DNA of 63,845 nucleotides, filler included, from Craspedostauros australis (taxonomy: Eukaryota), in NCBI GenBank assembly GCA_030167865.1. It is 7 parts of 7 records of this genome, joined end to end, with 100 filler letters (N's around TTAATTAATTAA, not from the genome) between each part and the next. Parts side by side here need not be neighbours in the genome. Positions count along the whole stretch, not along the records: positions 9,287 to 39,479 come from JALAGF010006561.1; 6 more parts are not named here. One strand, 5' to 3'. A program made the position numbers and the translations under genes. Below the pieces are notes generated by a model. The model did no database searches and had not been told where the DNA came from. It saw only the letters and a program-made list of their open reading frames with translations. Each line of letters begins with the position of its first letter. Positions within the stretch are counted from its first letter, which is position 1. Shown here one piece after another: positions 23,535 to 36,018 of the stretch.

Positions 23535-24701
23535 TTAGTTCTTTCCGAAGAAGAAGCTTCCGCCGCCGTTGTCCCAGCTGGAGTCGTTGTCCCAGACGCT
23601 CTCGTTCTCGTCGAGGTGGGAGTCGACGAGGTATGGCTCGACGCTGACGGAGAGCGGGAATTCGACGGTTCCAGTGTTGACGACGCGCACGACGTTTCCG
23701 ACGCCTGGAGTCTCAACGACGGCGAAGAATGGGCGCTCAAGGCCATCCTCGGTGTAGACCTCCATGACCTGCTTGTTGTTGTTTGGTCCCTGGAGGAGCT
23801 CGATGCGGGCGTTCAATGGACGTCCGTCCGTCTTGAGCATGACCTGGACGCTGGAGACGGCCGGGGAGAATGGGTAAGTCTGGATGGCTCCTCCCTGGAT
23901 GGTCTTTGGGATTCCGAGGGCGGCAAGCTTTCTTGGGATCTCGCCGACGGCGTCACCGGCATCTGGCTCGACGCAGGCGGCCATTGGGAACTCGAGGTGT
24001 CCCGTGTTGCGGATGGCAATGGCGTTGTTGGAGCGCGGAGTCTCGATGACGCAGCTGAATGGGCGCAGGTTACCGTCCTCGATGTAGACGGCCATCTTCT
24101 GCGGGGTGTTGTCTGGTCCCTGCCAGAGCTCGACGTTGGAGTTGAGTGGGCGTCCGTCGGTGCGGAGGAGGACCTGCACGCGGTTGGTGGAGGTTGGTGG
24201 CACGCAGGTGCGCAGGGATCCTCCCTGGACGGTGACGGGCTTGAGGGTGGCCCAGTTCTCCTTGACGAGCTGGATGTCGGATGGGAGGTTGTTGGCATCG
24301 ATGGTGAGGGCTGGGTTGTAGGTGACCTTGTCCTCGTCGACGTACTCTCCATCGAAGCGGGAGGAGAAGGAGAAGCTTGGGGAGTTAGAATCGGTGGTGG
24401 TGAATGGGCTGGTAGTTCCGATGGCCGCTGTGGCGGCGGCACGGACAGGTTTGGAGGTGGAGGTGCTGGTGCTGAAGGAGGCGGAGGATGGGGTGGTGGT
24501 GGAGCTGGAGCTGGTGGAGGATTCAACGCGGGTGCTGTTGGTGGTGGTCTCGTCTCCGTTGAGGTAGGAGTAGGAGAAGTCGCTGGACGAGTACAGGGCG
24601 GTGTTCTGGACCTTGGCTGGGGTGTTGACGAAGAAGGCTCCGGCGCCCATGAGTCCGGATTGGACGAGGGAGACGGCGAGGATGTTGCTAGTGAACTTCA
24701 T
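23535..24701 (-). CDS. Hypothetical protein with two tandem homologous domains and a probable bipartite plastid-targeting leader
   Basis: Signal peptide ending GAGA|FF, then an S/T-rich transit-like region. Internal repeat VQVxLxTDGRPLN..EL.QGP.N..Q...Y.EDG..RPF..V.ETP..NTG..EFP. Strong C-ending codon bias. Confidence 0.9.
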   Translation of the reverse strand: MKFTSNILAVSLVQSGLMGAGAFFVNTPAKVQNTALYSSSDFSYSYLNGDETTTNSTRVESSTSSSSTTTPSSASFSTSTSTSKPVRAAATAAIGTTSPFTTTDSNSPSFSFSSRFDGEYVDEDKVTYNPALTIDANNLPSDIQLVKENWATLKPVTVQGGSLRTCVPPTSTNRVQVLLRTDGRPLNSNVELWQGPDNTPQKMAVYIEDGNLRPFSCVIETPRSNNAIAIRNTGHLEFPMAACVEPDAGDAVGEIPRKLAALGIPKTIQGGAIQTYPFSPAVSSVQVMLKTDGRPLNARIELLQGPNNNKQVMEVYTEDGLERPFFAVVETPGVGNVVRVVNTGTVEFPLSVSVEPYLVDSHLDENESVWDNDSSWDNGGGSFFFGKN

Positions 24702-27700
24702 GGTTGTTGTTTGTTGTTGGTTTTGAAGGTTGCTGGCTGGTTGTTTGATGTGTCTTTGTTCTGGAATATGTAGTTATTGTCGGGAGTTGTCATGGAGGGG
24801 GTGGTCAAAGCGGTCATCGATGGTGGAGATCACGATGGCAATTCCAATTTCAGTGATGGTTGATTTGGACATGCGTTTGAGGAGGGTGTCATTGGAGCAG
24901 ATGGAGAGATGAATGAATGAATGAATGGGTAGATGGATGAGTGTGAGAGTGGTTCTGCAATGCATGTGATGGTATGCATCATGATTGTCATAGATGTGGA
25001 GGATGCAAGGGCAGTTGACAGCATCAATCCCATTCCCGACGGCGGAAGATGCCATGGTCGAGATGAATGCCTCCGCTATCACGAGGAATCTCATGACCAT
25101 GGCATCGCTGTTGCCGCTGGCGGCATGAGAGGTCATCCGCCTCTCCTCTCCCGCAGCAGTCTGGTGTCGTTCATGTTCGCGTCACTCGCGCCTCATGTCT
25201 CTCAATCCATCAGTCGATCAGCCGATCAGCCCATCAGTCAATCGATGGATGGCTCTGCTTCAGGTTTCACGTACCGATCAATCAGGATTTGTGTCTGTGA
25301 CAGATGTGAATCTGATGTCTGGTTTGACAGTGATGGCTTCCTGCAGTCGATCAACGAAAGGCGACGAACAACGGACTTCGAGGCAGGGAGGAAGGCATCG
25401 CCACCCGCATGACATGCGATGACATCGACTTCTCTCTCTCTCCGACACGCCTCCCACACCAGGACGATGAGATACGTCGCGACAGTACGATACACTACGA
25501 GCATCATGCCATGCCGCACCGTACAAATCAGCCATACGAATGCGACCGACGACAACACTCCATACGCACTTACGCACACACAGCCGCACGCTCGCACTGC
25601 CCATCAATCCAAACAATCGTTTGCGCTTTCGAAGTCCTCTCACACGCAGCGAGAAAGATAGACGACACCATGGCGAACGCACGCGGATTGGTTGGACAAG
25701 AGACGGCACGCCGCTGCTCGCCTCTCATTGGGCGGATTGTGGACGACGTTGAGGAACGTACTGGATGTGTGGAAAAGATTGACATTCATTCGTTCCACAC
25801 GTCATCGTCCAAACCACGTCGCTGTCATACGTCATGGTTTTTTCTGCGCTTTGTTCTTCGTGGTTAAGTGATTCCGGCGATGCGTCATACATGCGCACTT
25901 ATTGGGTAAACCGCTATTCTCTGTCACAGAATGACGTCAACGCCTGAAAAGGGAGAAGGGAATCTCAAATTCAGGGAATCTTGTTCCAGTCCATCCATTT
26001 TTGTCGCCTCGGACGCAATCATGACACGATCGTGTCACGTATTTCTCGCTTCCTCACATTTTCCAGGTTATTTCTGTCACGCACTTTCCGCGCCCGCTGA
26101 TGTCAACGATCGTCGATTTGCGCGACCGCTTCCTTCGTGTTTGTTGCCCTGATCGTATCTATCCGTTGTTCTTCTTCATTCCCTCATTGCGTGCGCCTGT
26201 GTCAGACAAAGCCGTCGGCGTCTCATGGCCGCGCCGCCCAATGCACTGAATTGTGTTGGATTGCGTTCTTCCGTCTGTTTCGGCACGCTGTTGTCCATCT
26301 CGGAACGGCGGCGAGCGCAACGATGGCAGATCGCCATGGTCACGACTTGCTCTCGTCCATGTATGATGGTTTCCTGTTGCTCGTTCTCTTCTTCTCTCTC
26401 CCAAAATCACCCCACCATGGCGACCATCGATGCATCATCGATGGATCACCTCATCCATCACTCCATGCATCACCTCATGCAATTAAGCATCCATCGGCAT
26501 GCCATCCCATCACATCAACTGCGTCTTCCCTGCCTTCGCGATCATCTCATTCCGAGGTGCTCTGGTGGCTCAGCTTGCGTCTTTTGTTTGTTTTGGCGAG
26601 GACCTCAATTGGGTTCCGAATGTGACTCTGCACCCTTGCTCATTGTGCAGATCGTCTTCAATGCAACAATCGTCGTCACTTGGTTTTGTTTGTCGAAGAG
26701 TCGTAATCGCTGAGACCGAGTGCGCCACCAACGACTAGAACTTCGACAGCAACGATAACAACAACTACAACTGCGACATACCTTGTCCAACGCAACAAGT
26801 GCTGCGCCAACAATACACCATGAACGATCGCGATACTTGCGTCTCTGCATCAGCAATGACGACAGAAATGACGATGCCAACACAGAAAGACGTCCGACGC
26901 ACATTTTCAGCCATGTTCTGTGAAAGCCGCGCATTTCGAACTGCGAACTCCGAAACATGAGGCGACATGTCGCACGACATTTCGACCGGCGTGGATTCCC
27001 GTCACCGCAAATTCCATCCAACAAATTCTGGAACAGACAGACGTCAGAATGCCGACCACACACTGCTAGATAAATCGCACGACGTCATTTCACCAAACCC
27101 TGTCACCCCAATCCGTGTTCCAATTGCAGGCTCGACTGGCGATAACGCTGATTATAGTCCGTTGGAACCACCAATGCGAACCTTTGCTCACGCATGTACA
27201 TCATGTCCAAACGCTTTTTCACAGCCTGCGTTCAAATACCGGTGAGATAACGTCTGCATTTTTGGCGAGTTCTTCATTGGCCATTTTATTCGGATGAGTC
27301 ATAGGATGTCGTGATGTCTACGAAGAAAGCTAGAGAGTTTAATCGAGTTGAACTTGCGATGTTGTGCAGGTGTTCCACTCACGAGGACAGTAACAAGCAC
27401 AACCTACGACCCCAAGAAGCATGTCAAGGCTACAGCGCAATGCACAAACGCGCACGCGCCCACATTCACTGAAAAACGTATACCATATTTGATGTTAATC
27501 TCTTACTTGACTATTGTACATCACGAAACCATCTGTATCACATGTTAGCTTTGGCGCGCATTTGATCATGCGTTTGCTTTGCTGCTTTTGTTGCACTGCT
27601 TTTGTTTTATTCCCCATTCCGATGCTTTGTTGGTGCTCGATGGCCAGATCATGTACCCGCGTCCCTGATGCCCATTGCGCGACTCTGATCTGGCACTGTT

Positions 27701-27780
27701 TCGGTGCAGCATCATCTCGTGAGCAGCCGCCGTTCCAACCAACAAGCATCGGCGTCCACGCAAATTCCATTTTGCTTGCC

Positions 27781-28917
27781 CTATCGTCGTCCCGACTTGC
27801 TCATTCTCGGAAGCTGATGCACGATTACAGTGATCAAAGTGGGGCGTTGCGTTGATGTGTCGGTGCAATGTTAGTGTGAAGGAGAGGGTTGAGAGAAGAG
27901 GAGGACGTGTCAGTGTGAGTCGAAGAAGTGCGATACCGCATTCATAACTTGATGTTGCAATGCCGTACGTTTGGAAGCGTAAACGCATTTTCCGCAATTG
28001 CGATGCAGCTCTCAGTTTGGAGCCAACAAGCAAATGAAGGGACGTACCTTTGCTGTCTTCTTGGTGGTCTTGTTCGAATCTGATGAAGATGATGATTTGG
28101 AGGTCTTGGATGACGTGGAAGTCTTGGACGTCTTCGAAGATTTCATGGCCACCTGTTCGACAGGAGCTGCTGATGGCATTGAAGTCGGAGATGCCGACGG
28201 GTTGGAGGACGTCGACGGCGCGAAGGAATCCGTGGGCGACGAGGATGGATTTTGCGATACCGACGGTGTGCTGGATGGCTTTGCCGATACTGTTGGTGCG
28301 AATGAAACGGATGGCACGGCGGATGGAGAGACAGAGCTCGATGGCGCGTTGGAAACAGTGGGGACGTTACTTGGACTGACACTCGGCGTGTAGCTTGGCG
28401 TGTAACTGGGGCTGCTGCTTGGCTGTGATGTCGTCGGTGAATTTGATGGAGCCTGGGACACTGTTGGCATATAGGAAGGCTGCTGGCTCGCAGATGGACT
28501 TGCGCTTGGTGTGCCGGTTGGGGCCGCTGTACCTGCAGATTTCGACGTCTTCGAACTTTTTGACGTTCCCGAGGACTTGGAAGATCTCTGCTTCATACCG
28601 CCGTTTCCGGCCTTCTTTGCTCCCTTCGCTGACTTGGAGGATGGCGTTGGTGGGGTTGCTGTCGGGGCTGATGTTTGGCCAGGTGTGAGTGCTGTAGGAG
28701 CTGCGGTTATCATGTCGCTGGAGGTGCCTGAGCCCGAGCTGGATTTTGAGCTCTTGAGGCCTCGGACCCGGATCATTTGGTGTGGCGTCTCCACTGTGGC
28801 TCTCACCATTGTCGGCAGTGTTGAGATAGTGATGATCGTTGTCATCCATATCGCCACGAGCAGAAGCGGCTTGGAGCGACCGCCATGAGAGGTGGGAGTT
28901 CGTCTGTTCAATTGCAT
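27781..28917 (-). CDS. Silaffin-like secreted protein 1 (exons 28917-28048 and 27813-27781)
   Basis: Hydrophobic N-terminal signal, RGL|KSSK site, KxxK clusters flanking PS/PT repeats. Donor AAG|GTACGT, branch CACTAAC and acceptor CATCAG give a final exon LPRMSKSGRR*. Confidence 0.82.
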
Positions 28918-30674
28918 GCTGGTATTCTGGTTGATCGTCTCGCGAATGCGCTGCTAATGTGAATGCAGATGTCGCTCACTCGTACGTGCTTGCTGTGATC
29001 CTCTTTCTATCGTTCTGTGCCGCTGTCTTGTCTTCGCCTTTTTGGTTGTTGCTGTGGTATGACGCTTTGTTGGTTCGATGCAATGGTACGCTTGTGTGTT
29101 TGTGCGATGATACGATGGTGCGGAGTGAGATGTAAGCTTGGTGTGATACGTATGATGGAGTGTTGTGAGGTCCGGTGCTGTGTTGTGCTATGGAATTTGA
29201 TGGAGCTTGATGAAATGCAATACAATGCGTACAATGAGATGTCTCGCTCTGTTGTGATGTGCTTGTCTCTTGAGGAAGCCGATCGGATGAGACGTGTTGC
29301 GAAGCCCCTGTATTGCCGATAATGATTGCAGTCTGGTAAAGTCCAATGGGTGCATGTAGCTGCGTGTATGCGTCCGAGTAGATATGTGATTGCATGTGTC
29401 TGCACTGCCCTCGCCTGCGATGCGCTATCAACAGGAGCTGGTCACATGACAGCAGAAGGGATGCAATTGATGCAACGGGAGAGAACCTCCACACGAGGAG
29501 CGCTTCAAGACTTGATTGCACATCAACACAAAATTCGTCCTCGCACTTTGGGCTACTCTACAAGAGTTGGTTGTGCATCTTCACGTCGAGGATTGACTTC
29601 CATTCGTCGACCAACCCAGCACATTCGATCCCCAAATCGAAGCAACAGCTTCGTCGGGTTGTGCGGTCCATTGCAGTTTGTGCTGGACCTGTGATCCATT
29701 CCCTTTGCGGCTGTGTGGGTATCTTGTGAGCATCGCCCATTTTGATGATGGGAACGCGACCCATAACACGATTCCATGCGTTGTGGAGAATTTTTCCTCG
29801 ACTTTTGGTTTCGTCATCGTTCGTTGTTCTTTCAGTTGTTCTCTTTTTCTGTCAGTCGAATCCATTCGTGCAGTGTTTTACACTAATCCACGATTGATGA
29901 ACAAGACGAAATCAACGAAACGGAATGCGTGGTTGTCGTTCCGTTCTGTTGCACTCCAGGCGCCTCCCCCGTCCCTTGCTTCCAACTCATCTCAAACCGC
30001 TCACTGGAGAATGTATGAGTGTTACAGAGCAGAGTGTGTAATAGGAGTGGTGAATGGACTTGAGTACCTGAGAGAGTACTCCAAATGAACCCCTTGGGGA
30101 ACTTAGTATAGTATCTACCTACCATACAGGTCCTTCTTTGGCGGTCCAGTCCCCAATCGAATGCATCGATGTCATTCTCCAATTACATGCCTGCCAGAGA
30201 TGAAGGAAATGGACGTGGATGCGCTGCAACAGGACCGCTGTGTCCAATGTCATCGCATCCATCTTCGCAATACGTGTCAAGTCCGCACCCCAAAGGAATT
30301 GCTCTACGACATTTGCTACTGTGTTTGCGTTTACGAATTTCTATCGTCACGTACGAGTAAATGCTATAATGTTATGCTATTGTACAAGATCAATTGGAAG
30401 GCGATCCATCGATGATCGCCTTTCGAGTATAGTGCCATGGTGCGTGAACACTCCCCTCGCTCGTTGTCCATCATGATTGGGACAGCAAAGAAAGCGATGA
30501 ACCATTGTTGTTATCGTTGTTTCCGCTGACGGAAATCCCGTCTCTGCGTGCACGGTATCGGACAAGCAGAGTGTAGTTTGTTCCCCCCATTCAAGACGAT
30601 CGCAACAGCATCTGTCCCTTGGCATGGGGAGGTATTGCTGAGCTGTCGTCGGTTGCTGCTCGAAGTCGAACAGT

Positions 30675-31701
30675 TTAATCTCGTCGGCTTGCTCCGATCT
30701 TGGAGAGCTGTAGGTGTAAGCGAACGCGCGTTGGCGAGAGTGGTAGAAGTAGGAAGATGAGAAAGAGAATTCTGTGAGGGATGGGCCAGGGAAATTGCGA
30801 CACATGCGGAGGCGCTTTCATTGCCAAGCTTCCGCCTCTTCGATCATTGCATGCTTCATTGCATGATGTTGATCGTACGTACCTTCGACGATCCCTTGGT
30901 GGACTTGGAGGATGAGCTGGGGGACGAGTCCGAGTTGGACTTGAAGATGTTGGATTTGGAGGACTTGCTGCTCGAAGACGATTTGGACGTCTTGGAGGTC
31001 TTGACGCTCGTGGGAGCATTGGACGGAGACATCGTTGGCGTGGATGTGGTTGGCGGGGCGGACGGTGCTCCTGTCGTGGGCGTGGCAGTTGGATTGCTGG
31101 TCGGTGCGCTGGTTGGCATCGAGGTGGTGGGAGAGTTCGATGGCACCTGCGTCGGTGCGCTGGTCGGCTGGTGTGTGGGGTTGCTGGTCGGTGCCGATGT
31201 CGGCAAGGCGGTTGGATTGCTGGTCGGCGCCGAAGTTGGGACGGCGGTCGGACTGCTGGATGGCAACTGTGTTGGAACGGCGGTCGGGGAGCTGGACGGC
31301 AGCTGCGTTGGGTTGCTGGTCGGCTGTCCCGTTGGCTGCGATGTGGTGGGCGAGTTGGATGGTGCCAGACTGATGGACGGTGCCATTGTCTTTGACGACT
31401 TGGCGCTCTTGCTGCCCTTGAATCCAGACGATGTCGTCTTTGTCGTCTTGGTGGTTGGTGACGACTTTGACGATTTCGATGTTGTCGGCGACGTCGGGGT
31501 TGTTGGCGATGACGGCGAAGAGTCGCTGCTGGTGGAGGAGCTCTTGAGCCTACGCGTCTGGACGCTATTGCCTGCGAGCGTGAACGAGGCGTCGGCGGCT
31601 GCCGCCGTTGCTGTGCAGATGGCCAGGATGAGAGCGACGAACAGGAGGAGGGGTGTGGAGCGCAGAGCGCAACGCTTGGATGGTGTGCTGTGGGTGGTCA
31701 T
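30675..31701 (-). CDS. Silaffin-like secreted protein 2 (exons 31701-30883 and 30707-30675)
   Basis: Signal peptide LLLFVALILAICTATAAAADA, RRL|KSS site, KSSK/KTSK clusters flanking PTSAPT repeats. Donor AAG|GTACGT and acceptor CTACAG give a final exon LSKIGASRRD*. Confidence 0.85.
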
Positions 31702-33837
31702 GGTAACTTGTGACTGTGGGTGTGGCTGTGACTGTGGATGCAGGTGATGGTGATGTGATGGTGATGAGATTGTTGGAGCTGATTTTGTGAGAGCGATGAA
31801 TGGGCTGTGTACGTGTGGTGGTGTGTGCGAGAGAGAGTCGATGCTTCTGAAATTGTGAGAAGGAGGATAGCATCGAGGACGGAAAGGACATCCGTGGCAC
31901 CAATGCTGCAACAGCAACGGCTATGTTCGAGGCGGAAAGGACCAAGCAGCTACCATAGCTACGGCAATGAAGCGACCGACACGAAAAAGGCGAGGAGCAG
32001 GAAAGTACCTGGGTCGAACACCGCAACGTCAATCCACATACATGACTCCACGTGCTGTGTTTGTCCGTCTCACAAGATCCATGGTAGGTGGAATGATGGA
32101 GACGGTGCCTTTCATAAGACCAACATGGTTGGTGGCACATGTATGGTGATTGCGGCTGCGGCACTCGCGCCTCGCTCCAGCATCGCCTTGTCTCTAAATC
32201 GCAGTCACATTTTCGGCAAGGGACGATGTTGTGTGGCGCTTGGAGGGCGGAAACGGTTGGGTATCTTGTGGGCGTTCGCCAATTTGGTGTTCCCACGCGT
32301 GACTCTTGACAAGACTTCGCGTCGGGTACGAATCAAATAGTACCAATATACGATACTATATTGATACCATAGTATATCAAAGAAACCAGCTTGTTGGAGT
32401 ACTTGTGCAGTTTGTGGGCCATTTAGTCGTGATTCCACAATCACGACCCAGCAACAGCGTGATAACGGTGACCTCATTGTCGCTCAGGTGCGAGATCGAA
32501 CACTGAGGAAAGGCAACACCAACCAAGAATCAGGAACGTCCACGTGCTATTTCGCTTTCTTCTTCACATCACGGAGTTCTTCATGGTTATCCCTAGCGTG
32601 AAGATGGTTGAAGTTGATTGGTGACATGGTCATTCGCAATGTCGCACAGAACGTGGGCAAAAAGCGAAGAACAGTTTCTCTCTCCTGAACGTTATCGTGC
32701 GTTACCTCGCGAACATGCGCCCAGGACGAACGACAACACGGCGCCGCCACGTGCGCGGGATAATAACGCTGAGGTGAAGTCTCCCATCTGTTGCGACGCA
32801 GTGAGATGTGGAAACCAATCTGGACTGATGAATTCCATGGAACCGTTCGATGGTTCCCGCGAATCCCTCCCGTCCGTGAACGAGTTGTTGGCCGCGCAGA
32901 TGTCAGCGAGTTGGCCATGGCATAATTAGTCTACGCTACGTCACAAGGATGCTCTGAATGATTGGACGGGTAGTTCTTCGCTGAGGCACAATAAACTGCG
33001 CAAACAACACCACACAAAACAAGACAGCACAGCGACGTGACGTGATTTGAGGTGATGTGAGGTGATACTGGGGGAACACAAGGCGCGTGTGTCGTAGCGA
33101 AGTCGTCAGAACAAAGTCGGGAACAACCTCCCCAGCGTACGAGCGCGAGTATGTCTCCAGAGCGGTTATTGTTTCTGTCTCTGCGGCTAACTGGCACGCG
33201 GTTGTTCCTTCGCCGCCGTGCCATTTCGCACTGTGCGGAAAAGGCCCGACACAAGGACGACATCTGGAAAAATCTGGGAGCCATTCGGTTGGCTCGTGGT
33301 TGGAATGTACAAGGAGCGTTATTGTTGACTAGCAACCAACCAGTCACATCGCGGCGAGGTGTGTTCTGTTTCAGTGTTGACCGCCTGTCCAGTCGCTCAG
33401 CTCGGTGATTGCGCTGCTACGCTCCTCTTCCTCTCACTTCGCGCCTCCTTATTCCCGCCTCCACATAAACTCGCAACCATCAAGGAACACTTCTCAAAAG
33501 CAGGCGCTGTTTCCACATCACATCTCAACATCACCGCAACACCACAAACACCGCAAACACCACCTCTGCGCAAGTATCTCTGTCTGAACACAATCCAATC
33601 CTTCAGAGACACACACACACACCCTTCCCTTCTCATCAAAGGAAGGCAAGCACCAATCTCGGACGCATTAACCATAAACGCAACATCGGACCGTCACAAC
33701 AAAGCAAAGTATCAAGCATCACGAGAAGCGTCCTACCTCCAACATCGCCGACTTCCGCACCAGTCCCTTTCATTGAAACAATCTATCGCAACAATCCATC
33801 GCAACAACCCATTGAAGCACTGCGCATCATCCAAGAG

Positions 33838-36018
33838 ATGGCTCCCAACGCAAGCAGCCATCATCACGAGGACAGCGACAGCATGAGCGACGACGACATG
33901 CACAACATGGAGGCCTCTTCCTTCCTGGACAACGCTGAAGGCAGCAGCAGCAGCAACAGCGGCAGGAAGAACCCAAAGAACAAGCACAAGAGCAAGCGAT
34001 CCTGGCTGCGAAAGAAGTACGAAGAACGCAAGATGTTCGGTTCGCAAACGCGGGGTGGATACAGCGGACTCGACACCCACGACAACGCGCACAGCGACAC
34101 GGACGACGAACTCGAGGAGCACGAGAGCCCAGCGCTGCTCATGGCCAAGTCCTCCGACTCTGTCTGCTCTTCCTCCACTTGCTCCTTCACCGAGACCTCT
34201 CGCACCAGCAGCCACGGTCACAGCGACAACGACAGCCACAGCTCCTCTTCACGAACAAGATGCTCGGCTGTGCGCAAATGCTGCAAGACCTTCTGCAAGG
34301 TGCTCAAGGCCCTCTTCCTCGTCGCTTTCGTCTTCTCCTTCTGGGTCGTCGTTTGCGTCGTGCGAAAGACGAACCTGCCCTTCTCCCATTCCAACTTCAT
34401 CCTCATGGGAAAGTTCGAGGTCTCCGATGTCGTGAGGCACTTCGCCGCCCCAACCACCAACAGCGACGGCACCAAGGGAGCCCAGATCATGTACTGGAAC
34501 CGCGTGCACACGCCGCAGGGCCTCATGGACTGCTCCTTCGACTTCTCCTCCATCCTCCACGAGGGTGGTCAGGGCATCCTCTACTCCGGCAACTGCACCA
34601 ACGCCCCCTACGTCCATTCCGGCAAGCACGGCCACAACCACCACCACGACCATCACAAGCACCACAAGCACAACCACGCGCCAGTCCGCACGGATAAGGT
34701 CGTCTTCAAGTACATCAAGGGATGGCGTCCGCTTCTCTGGGAAGGCGTTGCCACCAAGGTCATCGGCGACATGGAGGAGAGCGACTACAAGTTCTACGGC
34801 AGCGGCATCAACTTCATGGTGGCCTCCGAGCTGCAGCACTACAAATCGCTCTGGAAGGAGCTCGACGACGTCCACGATCTGCCGCACTTCCTCCTCCAGG
34901 AACTTCAGCAGGTCTCCAAGCAGGTCCGACACCTCAACGAGCACTTCTTCCATCTCGACATGTGGTGGTACAACGTGCTTTACCGACCAGCCAAGTACTC
35001 CAAGCAGGAACATCAGGAGCAGCAGAAGCAGCTTGACATCCAGTTACCATCTGAATCCTTGGAGGATTCCGGAGACGACGACGAGGACTCCAGCAGCGGC
35101 AGCAGCGGTGACGGTCCCTGGAAAATTGGAGCCCTGCAACACATATTCTCATCAACGACAACGTCTTCCTCCTCCAGTGACAGCGCGGATGGTCACCATG
35201 GACGCCACTTGGCGAGACACTATCTCCGTGCCCGTCATGTCATCGAGGCCGTCGCCCATGGCAAGGCGCCCGCTCATCACCAGAGGCGGCAGCAGCAACA
35301 GGTTCAGGAAGGCACATTGGATGTCGAGGCTGTCAGCGAAGGCGAAGCCGCATTTGACAACAGCGATGAAAGCGAACAGGCCAGTGTCAGCGTTGACAAG
35401 AGTGACAGCGACTCTGATAGCGACTTCGACAGCGATAGCGAAAGCGATTCTGATAACGACAGCGACTCTGATAACGACTCCGACAGCGACAGTGACTCGG
35501 AAGTGGCACCAGCAGCAGAAGTGGAGGCGCCAGAAAAGGAAGAAGAAAAGGAGGACTGGCAATTCCAGCTCATCGACTTCACCATGGCCATGCCACGCTC
35601 GATCCGATTCCAGGCCATCAAGCACCACATCGATGTTGCAAGACGCCGTGCACCCTACGCCGTTTGCTTGCAGAAGAAGCAACACCAAACCCACGAACAG
35701 CGACAGTACTGCTCCTCCGATGACATCTACCCATTCGCCGGCAAGATCTGCGACGGCATCATCGACATCTACCCGCTCGCCGTCAATGCCCTCCGCATCC
35801 TCAACCTCAACACGATCCCGGATGCCGTCGATCCACCGCAATCCGAATGGCACGAGGACCTCGATGTCACGATCGCCCTGCATCAAGGATATCTCGACAT
35901 AATAACGGAGCTGGAGAAGCCGGAATACAACGTCCCCGCGGAGCTCACCACGATGATCCGAAACATGATCGACCTGCAGCATATGGATACGGATCTGGTA
36001 TGCGCCGATCATTCATAG
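33838..36018 (+). CDS. Type II membrane protein with a divergent protein-kinase-like domain on the predicted lumenal side
   Basis: Basic, Cys-rich segment then TM ALFLVAFVFSFWVVVCVV. Kinase motifs appear in order: EGGQGILY, VVFK, HLDMWWYNVL, LIDFTM, DIYPL. Single ORF with strong codon bias. Confidence 0.85.
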   Translation: MAPNASSHHHEDSDSMSDDDMHNMEASSFLDNAEGSSSSNSGRKNPKNKHKSKRSWLRKKYEERKMFGSQTRGGYSGLDTHDNAHSDTDDELEEHESPALLMAKSSDSVCSSSTCSFTETSRTSSHGHSDNDSHSSSSRTRCSAVRKCCKTFCKVLKALFLVAFVFSFWVVVCVVRKTNLPFSHSNFILMGKFEVSDVVRHFAAPTTNSDGTKGAQIMYWNRVHTPQGLMDCSFDFSSILHEGGQGILYSGNCTNAPYVHSGKHGHNHHHDHHKHHKHNHAPVRTDKVVFKYIKGWRPLLWEGVATKVIGDMEESDYKFYGSGINFMVASELQHYKSLWKELDDVHDLPHFLLQELQQVSKQVRHLNEHFFHLDMWWYNVLYRPAKYSKQEHQEQQKQLDIQLPSESLEDSGDDDEDSSSGSSGDGPWKIGALQHIFSSTTTSSSSSDSADGHHGRHLARHYLRARHVIEAVAHGKAPAHHQRRQQQQVQEGTLDVEAVSEGEAAFDNSDESEQASVSVDKSDSDSDSDFDSDSESDSDNDSDSDNDSDSDSDSEVAPAAEVEAPEKEEEKEDWQFQLIDFTMAMPRSIRFQAIKHHIDVARRRAPYAVCLQKKQHQTHEQRQYCSSDDIYPFAGKICDGIIDIYPLAVNALRILNLNTIPDAVDPPQSEWHEDLDVTIALHQGYLDIITELEKPEYNVPAELTTMIRNMIDLQHMDTDLVCADHS

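Noticed and set aside
23520..24773. 417-aa + strand ORF; similarly 14396-15943, 30821-31747, 34249-35013 and 35152-36012
   Set aside because: Antisense shadows of codon-biased or low-complexity genes on the other strand.
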